In this document: one piece after another, positions 57,957 through 64,000 of the stretch
How the letters are laid out: each line of letters begins with the position of its first letter
How positions within the stretch are numbered: position 1 is the stretch's first letter
Origin: a virus
Lineage: Duplodnaviria > Caudoviricetes
Virus record (IMG/VR): IMGVR_UViG_3300037067_026422
Reading direction: 5' to 3' (one strand)
DNA: 64,000 bases
The notes under the pieces: generated by a model
Seen by the model: only the letters and a program-made list of their open reading frames with translations
Database searches by the model: none
Told to the model about the DNA's origin: nothing
Program-made: the position numbers and the translations under genes

Positions 57957-59681
57957 TTACCCCAATCCAAGCATCTTAATAAATGTGGATATTGCTTTTT
58001 CAGTCTGTTTCAGTCTCTTCTTAAGAGACTCGGTCTGGTTGTCCGGAGCTATCTCTCTCAATCTATCCGGGTCAGATAAATCGGGGATACCATATAAAAG
58101 TATTACCCCCAGCATTATGCCTTTTTCATTGTATGCCGCAATAGAGGTATTCTTTTCAGTCTTTACAGAATTTTTTAAGAAATCCTCAATAGACTTTTTA
58201 TCACTGGGAGTATCTTTCTTAGACTCTCCAGAATAGCATGCTTTGTTGAATCTATCTACGAATCCCCTCATACCCCCCTTCTCCAAAGGTAAATCCAAAA
58301 CCATGAATGTACCCTTCATAGTATATGCGGTTAGTCGTGCCATAAGATTCTTCAATTTTTCTAATACCTCTAACAAGTCCTCAATTCTCTCCCCATAAAA
58401 TTTCAAGTAGTCATTAATGGCATCACTACCCGTATTCACCAAACCTATAAGCTTTTCTGATAAAGTGTCTATATTGTCATACATAGAATCTATTTGATTT
58501 CCTAGCATTCTCCTGATAGTAACAGATTGCCAATCCCCCTCGAAATCAAACGGGGACAAGAGATCCCCATTAATTGATAGATTCATATACTTCTTCAACT
58601 CTGAAACAGGAATGCATTCCTTAGGTACCCTCGCAGGCACAGTACCTGTAGCTATTGGGCTATTTATAGACATTAAATAAGGATGCTCTTTAAGATAATC
58701 ATCCCCGAAGACAGAGTATATCTTATAAAAAGCTATCGTCTCGGGTTCCACATCAAAATCGATATAGCTATAGGTGGCTCTACCAAAGATATACTTAATT
58801 TTTACTATGGGGTCACTGTTTGAAAAAATATTGACATCTATATCAATATTATCCTGGGTCACTCTAACTGGGATACTCTTGCTGTTATTTGTCCGCTTAT
58901 AAACAAAAAACTCACCTATAGGCGAAATAGGAGCCTCCCAGGATAACTTTACCCCTAACGTCTTCTTGCCACTCTTATTATAAAAACCGGGTGTAGCAAT
59001 GAGTTTTTTAGCGGGTGAGGGATAGGGTATTTTAAATCCGAAAAGTTCCCCGAGTTTTTTAAAGTTATCAAGTAGATTTTTTAAATAATAGGGATCATTT
59101 ACCCCCCCAAGCATAGCAATAATCACCCCCCCTACTTTATCCGGGGTATCAAATTTAGGAGCATCCGAATCCATGCTATTTAAACAGGTAGTATTTACTC
59201 TTTGTATAAACTCCTGATATCCCCCAAATACTGGTGCAGTATAATTTGGAAACTTTTTATCAAAATTAGGAACTATAAGACTCATATAAATTCCTGATGA
59301 GGTCAACGAGTCTACAAATTCCTTGAGCTCTCTAGCTAATTGTTTTATGGCAAACTTTAAAAATCCGGACACTGAAATAACATTCCCACTCAACATCCTT
59401 ATTACTTTGAGAAGTTGCGTTATTTGAGAGGATATTCGATCGACTTCCTTAAAAAACTTCTCTGCACCTTTGACTGTAGTATCAATACCGTCCAATGACA
59501 AGGATATAGTCCAATTATACCAGCTATCCCCATTATTCTCTTTTATTATCGGAGGTACTGCAGCAATAAGTGTCGTTGGCTTTAGCTTATATTCTTCAGC
59601 AGTAATATTTACTACATCAAGCTCACCCAGCTTTGGCTTTACAAACTCCGGAGCTATATCATACTTAATTCTTACCGGCAT
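57957..59681 (-). CDS. Hypothetical virion protein (FN3-like middle domain)
   Basis: 574 aa; VKLSWEAP...FFVYKR...YIDFDV...FYKI. Confidence 0.65.
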   Translation of the reverse strand: MPVRIKYDIAPEFVKPKLGELDVVNITAEEYKLKPTTLIAAVPPIIKENNGDSWYNWTISLSLDGIDTTVKGAEKFFKEVDRISSQITQLLKVIRMLSGNVISVSGFLKFAIKQLARELKEFVDSLTSSGIYMSLIVPNFDKKFPNYTAPVFGGYQEFIQRVNTTCLNSMDSDAPKFDTPDKVGGVIIAMLGGVNDPYYLKNLLDNFKKLGELFGFKIPYPSPAKKLIATPGFYNKSGKKTLGVKLSWEAPISPIGEFFVYKRTNNSKSIPVRVTQDNIDIDVNIFSNSDPIVKIKYIFGRATYSYIDFDVEPETIAFYKIYSVFGDDYLKEHPYLMSINSPIATGTVPARVPKECIPVSELKKYMNLSINGDLLSPFDFEGDWQSVTIRRMLGNQIDSMYDNIDTLSEKLIGLVNTGSDAINDYLKFYGERIEDLLEVLEKLKNLMARLTAYTMKGTFMVLDLPLEKGGMRGFVDRFNKACYSGESKKDTPSDKKSIEDFLKNSVKTEKNTSIAAYNEKGIMLGVILLYGIPDLSDPDRLREIAPDNQTESLKKRLKQTEKAISTFIKMLGLG

Positions 59682-59789
59682 TTTTTAGTTCCTTTTCGAC
59701 GAACTCAGTAAGTTGATGTATAACCGGTTCAAAGATACGTGTTATACCAATAGATTCAGTCGCCTCAACTATCCTCCAACAAGGTTTCG

Positions 59790-62700
59790 CTATATCATCT
59801 GACCCAGAGTGCTCATGTCGAAGTCCCCGTTTTGAATAGCTTTCTTTATCATGTTCACTTTCTGATCGCATCCAAACTCCTTATGAAACTTCATATATAA
59901 CCAAAGGTATTCATTTGCTGGGAGAGCTTCATTAACCATTGAATTCTTAACCTGATTATATCTCCCTGTTCTCAAATACCCTAAAAAATTGCTTAGGTCA
60001 ATAGCGCAGGGGTTGTTCTCATTAAAATTCTCAGGAGTATAATAGTCATACTTTAGGTTACCCTGCTCGTCTCTCCAAGGCATCCCAAGTCTCTCCTTTA
60101 GGTAATTATACTGTGCATGAAGATTATAATCCGATATTTGAATAAATCTTATATCCCCCAAAATCCCAAAATAAACATGCGCAGGTATATTATCAGGGTA
60201 TAAGATGGAGGTTTGCATACCCGGACTACCCATAATTACTGAATCAATCGTCATAGGATACACACCACAACTCACAAAACCATCTATATAACTTCCTTTA
60301 ATACCATTCACCATAGACTTAATATTCTTATCCAGGGGTATCGGTGCCGAATAAATCTTATTAGTATTAAGCGTAATAGTGGTATCATTTATACTAAGCA
60401 TACCCCCGGAGGTCATATTCAAAGCTCGAAAAGCCGTTATGTCATTTAGTCTTGCCGATAGATACGTCCCACCAGAATTAATGGAACTATTTGTATCCAA
60501 TAACCGAGTAGACTCATAGCTCTTATATGGGTCGGATAAAGCAGCAGCTTTAAAAAGCCCATTAAATATACTGTCAGTGTAGGGTCTTATAGATGACATA
60601 AAATTTGATAAATTGCCTATGTTAACAGACGTAACGTCATATCCTGTCAAGGCATACGAATTTACATAAGTAAGCTGACATCTTAAAATGAGCTTGTCAC
60701 GAGTCCTGGGTATCTGGAATGTTGCTTTATTAATTACATAATTTGTAGCCCCTACTACAGCCCTCAGTTTTAATTTAAAAGCAGGTACCTTTACTAACCC
60801 AACCCTTATGGATAATATGGTATCCGAAGAAGTCAAACTACTTGGAACAAAGGTAGGTGCCAGAGATGCACTTGCAATACTGTAAAAGGCGGGCACTGCA
60901 GTAGCTTCTATGACTGAATCCAAAATCTCTGGATACAATGAGCTATTTACACTTGCTTCCAGACCACTTAATGTAGAATTAGCGGGTTCATTAAAGAAAA
61001 ATACTCTTTCAAAAGTATAATCATATCTCCAATCACAAGATACATCTATTGTATTGGAATTATCATTTACTGTGATATTTGAGTCTGTAAAAACATAACC
61101 ATCTCCTGGACTAACTGTCATGACCTGATCATCCTTCAATTTTATATCATTAAGGACTGAAGTTGGTACACTTGCAAAATAATTAGGAAGATAGTTATAT
61201 TCAAAATACCCGGGGCTATTCTTATCCCCTCTTGTGAATTTAAGATCAGCATAAAACCATTTATTTACAAGGGCATTGCTGTTTATTCTATTTATCAAAT
61301 CAATCAACTGCTCTCTATCCGGAGCAAGGCTATGGCCTGACCCGGATAGAGGGATTCCATAACCTAATGCCTTATTAGGTTGACCAAGATCCCCTGCCGG
61401 ACTGTAATCCAAAGAGAGACTCTTAAAGTAAATCCAGTTGTCCCTTATCTCATATTGGGCACCACTATCCCAACTGTATATATCAAATGCAAGTATATCC
61501 CTTTTAAAACCCTGAGGATTAGCAGTCAATGTATCCATATAAGCTCTTGCCGGATTTGTTGCAATAAACTTATAACTCGTACCCTGACTATATTTCTTTT
61601 GAGACATTTTCATAGTATACTTAAATTTACCCTCAAACTCCTTCTTAGAAATCTCCCACCCTACAAGTATATTATCCTTGTACAATACTACCCCACTATT
61701 GCTCTGGACCCTGAAAGACTTTATAATTGGAGTGTAGGCAGCATCCAGTTCATAACTTTTATACAAACCTTGTATATTTGTGTCACCAATCAATTTTGCT
61801 AAAAAGAACGATCGAGTACCATTAGAGTCATATACCCCAGAATCATTAAATTTCGCCAGAGTGATAGCCTCAATCAAAGCATTTATGGTATTATACTTTC
61901 TGAGATTCAATCTTAATTCACTCTCATCAGTACCACTTCTTCTTATCAATACCAGTTCTTTTAAAACTGCAACAGAGGGTCTATCTTCAACTACTTTTAT
62001 CTGATTATACTGATCCTCAGTCAATACCTTTCCCTGGTCAATCAGTTCTATGATATCCTGTGGTGCCATATAACTCTTATAATCACCAGAATCATAATCT
62101 GAAAAAGTAGCTACCCAGGATTCCCCATCTATACAGCTTATCTCTATTACAGGCTCATTCTCCAAAACTTCCCAGGAACCCGATACAGGGATACCCTCAA
62201 TAGCTGATTTACTGGGGTTTCCATTAGCAGTGTACATAGGGAATGAAAACACTGCATTTTCCACATTAGCTACCGCCCGGTTACTATTTTCCAAACCCGT
62301 AATAGCTTCCAGGTAGGTATCCACATACACTGTAGTCTCCCAATCATAACCCACAGGCAAAAGGACATCCTTCACCACCACAAATGATGTCAGTAAAGAC
62401 CCATTAGGCTTTGGCTCATAAACTGATTTTAAGGAAAAGATATACTCACCTTTATACCTTGTCAAAGATATCTCAGAGCACAGTTCAGAAATAGTCTTAT
62501 AGGACCCATCAGTTTTGGTAAAGCTAAAAGAAAAGGTATCAGCTACAGTCGTACTCTTTACAACCTGACTTCCATCTGCTATCAACTCATAAAACAGAAT
62601 ATCAAGCTTCATACTATTAACAGAATCTTTGTAAACTTTATAATAAAACTGATTCACACTTTTGGAAATAGAACTATAAAGGGAATTAGTAGTCGCATAC

Positions 62701-64000
62701 AAAGTAGCTTGATAGTTAACAGAATCAACATATCCAGAAGTTACAATAAGAGTGTCACAAGATAATGAGCTTCTTCCTGAATATGCAGAGCAATTAAATT
62801 TACCATCATAAGAAATCTCATAAGAGATCTCATAGAGAGTTTTATAGGTATAAGTAGTCACAGTTCCAGATATCGCTTCCGTATAAAGCTTATAGGTGAC
62901 ATATTCTGTACCCTCATACCCCACATAAGAAAATGTTATAACCTTATTTCCTGTTTCATCCAGAAACACTCCATACTTAAAATCAAGATAGCTACTGGTA
63001 TTAATTAATAATCCAGATGACCCATACTTTAGAAGATAATACCCCCCCAAATAAGACATTGTAAATCCTGGCAATTCTCTAACTCCATGTGTGTATACCC
63101 TGTCTTCTATATTTTTATTTAAATAAAGAATTCTCGGGTCAGAAGATCTATGATCAGCTACATTGGTACACATCAACTGGATCCCATTTACCGGATCCAG
63201 TACCTGATTATCTATATAGCATATCTTTGAAGTAACATCATTTTCATAATGTATAAAAATATTAGAAGCAGTAAATAACGAAACCCCTCCATAAGTATAC
63301 CCGGATATCTCCGAACAAATCTCTAAAATAGATTTATACACCGTAGTAGGAACCCCAGACATATTAGTTTTATTATAGAACAGGACTATAAGAGTCTCAT
63401 TGACTATATCCGCCCCAAGAACACCAAAAGATATCTGAAGATATTTACCCTCATAGTTCGATCTTACACTTACGTTAACATTAGTAAGCGTGTATGATGC
63501 CTGATAAAAAAGCATGATTTTTATAATAGGAACCTCAATAAGGCCTAATGTCAATACCTCGGTGTTTTGCTCATACATTTGCTTAGCCATCTTTTGGTAC
63601 AGTATACCTTTTTCAAGACTTAATACCCATTTTATGTATTCATTTTTCCAAGTATAATTGTTATCTTCATTTAGGGTATAATAAAAACCAAGCTTACCAT
63701 AAAAAGCATTATAAAGATTCCAGGCTGATAATGTCTGATTATATGTTAGAGCTATCTCCGGAGAAGCACTATCTTCCGCGTGAATCAAATCAGGATAAAG
63801 GGTCCTGTAAACAGGCCCATTAACATCCGCAAGAAATCTTAGCTGCTTCTCATATGCTGGTATCCGTATCCTCAAGATATCCGAGATTCCTTCTACAGTA
63901 CCCCCATCCGGTTTAGCAAGATATCCCTGATACTTGCTGTTTTTAATATTAAGATCTCCCTGTTCAAACGCTCGAGCTATCTTATCACTATGATCATACA
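59790..64000 (-). CDS. Very large virion structural protein (partial; frame open beyond the right edge)
   Basis: Frame stays open from 63875 to 63998 (YDHSDKIARAFEQG...DILRIRIP); repeated YKT/SIxELxxEIS motifs. Confidence 0.75.
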   Translation of the reverse strand, partial: YDHSDKIARAFEQGDLNIKNSKYQGYLAKPDGGTVEGISDILRIRIPAYEKQLRFLADVNGPVYRTLYPDLIHAEDSASPEIALTYNQTLSAWNLYNAFYGKLGFYYTLNEDNNYTWKNEYIKWVLSLEKGILYQKMAKQMYEQNTEVLTLGLIEVPIIKIMLFYQASYTLTNVNVSVRSNYEGKYLQISFGVLGADIVNETLIVLFYNKTNMSGVPTTVYKSILEICSEISGYTYGGVSLFTASNIFIHYENDVTSKICYIDNQVLDPVNGIQLMCTNVADHRSSDPRILYLNKNIEDRVYTHGVRELPGFTMSYLGGYYLLKYGSSGLLINTSSYLDFKYGVFLDETGNKVITFSYVGYEGTEYVTYKLYTEAISGTVTTYTYKTLYEISYEISYDGKFNCSAYSGRSSLSCDTLIVTSGYVDSVNYQATLYATTNSLYSSISKSVNQFYYKVYKDSVNSMKLDILFYELIADGSQVVKSTTVADTFSFSFTKTDGSYKTISELCSEISLTRYKGEYIFSLKSVYEPKPNGSLLTSFVVVKDVLLPVGYDWETTVYVDTYLEAITGLENSNRAVANVENAVFSFPMYTANGNPSKSAIEGIPVSGSWEVLENEPVIEISCIDGESWVATFSDYDSGDYKSYMAPQDIIELIDQGKVLTEDQYNQIKVVEDRPSVAVLKELVLIRRSGTDESELRLNLRKYNTINALIEAITLAKFNDSGVYDSNGTRSFFLAKLIGDTNIQGLYKSYELDAAYTPIIKSFRVQSNSGVVLYKDNILVGWEISKKEFEGKFKYTMKMSQKKYSQGTSYKFIATNPARAYMDTLTANPQGFKRDILAFDIYSWDSGAQYEIRDNWIYFKSLSLDYSPAGDLGQPNKALGYGIPLSGSGHSLAPDREQLIDLINRINSNALVNKWFYADLKFTRGDKNSPGYFEYNYLPNYFASVPTSVLNDIKLKDDQVMTVSPGDGYVFTDSNITVNDNSNTIDVSCDWRYDYTFERVFFFNEPANSTLSGLEASVNSSLYPEILDSVIEATAVPAFYSIASASLAPTFVPSSLTSSDTILSIRVGLVKVPAFKLKLRAVVGATNYVINKATFQIPRTRDKLILRCQLTYVNSYALTGYDVTSVNIGNLSNFMSSIRPYTDSIFNGLFKAAALSDPYKSYESTRLLDTNSSINSGGTYLSARLNDITAFRALNMTSGGMLSINDTTITLNTNKIYSAPIPLDKNIKSMVNGIKGSYIDGFVSCGVYPMTIDSVIMGSPGMQTSILYPDNIPAHVYFGILGDIRFIQISDYNLHAQYNYLKERLGMPWRDEQGNLKYDYYTPENFNENNPCAIDLSNFLGYLRTGRYNQVKNSMVNEALPANEYLWLYMKFHKEFGCDQKVNMIKKAIQNGDFDMSTLGQMI

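Noticed and set aside
59665-59871. 68-aa ORF or TAG read-through of the giant ORF (stop-codon recoding)
   Set aside because: It overlaps the upstream gene by ~80 nt with no clear RBS. In-frame read-through meets further TAG/TAA within 16 codons, and genes elsewhere are intact under code 11.
1585-62004. Numerous short plus-strand ORFs in the ORF track
   Set aside because: All are antisense shadows of long minus-strand genes with no recognisable motifs.
1-64000. cas genes or a window-internal protospacer for the intein spacer
   Set aside because: No Cas motifs were recognised in any ORF and no full-length spacer match was seen by eye; this was not an exhaustive search.

Overview
64 kb fragment of a large (jumbo-like) dsDNA myophage genome. 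It is AT-rich, uses standard code 11, and essentially every credible gene is on the minus strand. In transcription order (right to left) there are three blocks. (i) A ~39 kb virion block (24.7-64 kb): baseplate J-like, gp25/W-like, YCF48/BNR propeller, many PKD-domain and collagen-like fibre proteins. (ii) A replication block (9.3-24.4 kb): SNF2 helicase with intein, degenerate helicase loader, DnaB-like helicase, CHC2 Zn-finger protein, family A DNA polymerase with intein, sigma factor, NAD-dependent ligase, ParB-like protein. (iii) An accessory block (1-9.2 kb) with a ubiquitin-like/vWA (Ro60-like) operon and two Ser/Arg-rich microproteins. No cas genes were seen, yet CRISPR repeats occur in two unexpected places. 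First, a type I-E-like repeat-spacer-repeat mini-array (28+32+28 nt) is embedded IN FRAME inside the degenerate homing endonuclease of the DNA polymerase intein (16009-16096). Second, a ~400-nt promoter-to-terminator non-coding unit (3438-3875) has two type I-C-like repeats bracketing a tRNA-Asn mimic with a broken acceptor stem, followed by a solitary I-E-like repeat, a 32-nt spacer-like segment and a terminator. Together these suggest a phage RNA system that co-opts or decoys host type I CRISPR processing, sitting just upstream of a Ro60-like vWA/Ubl operon. All family calls are by motif recognition, not database search.
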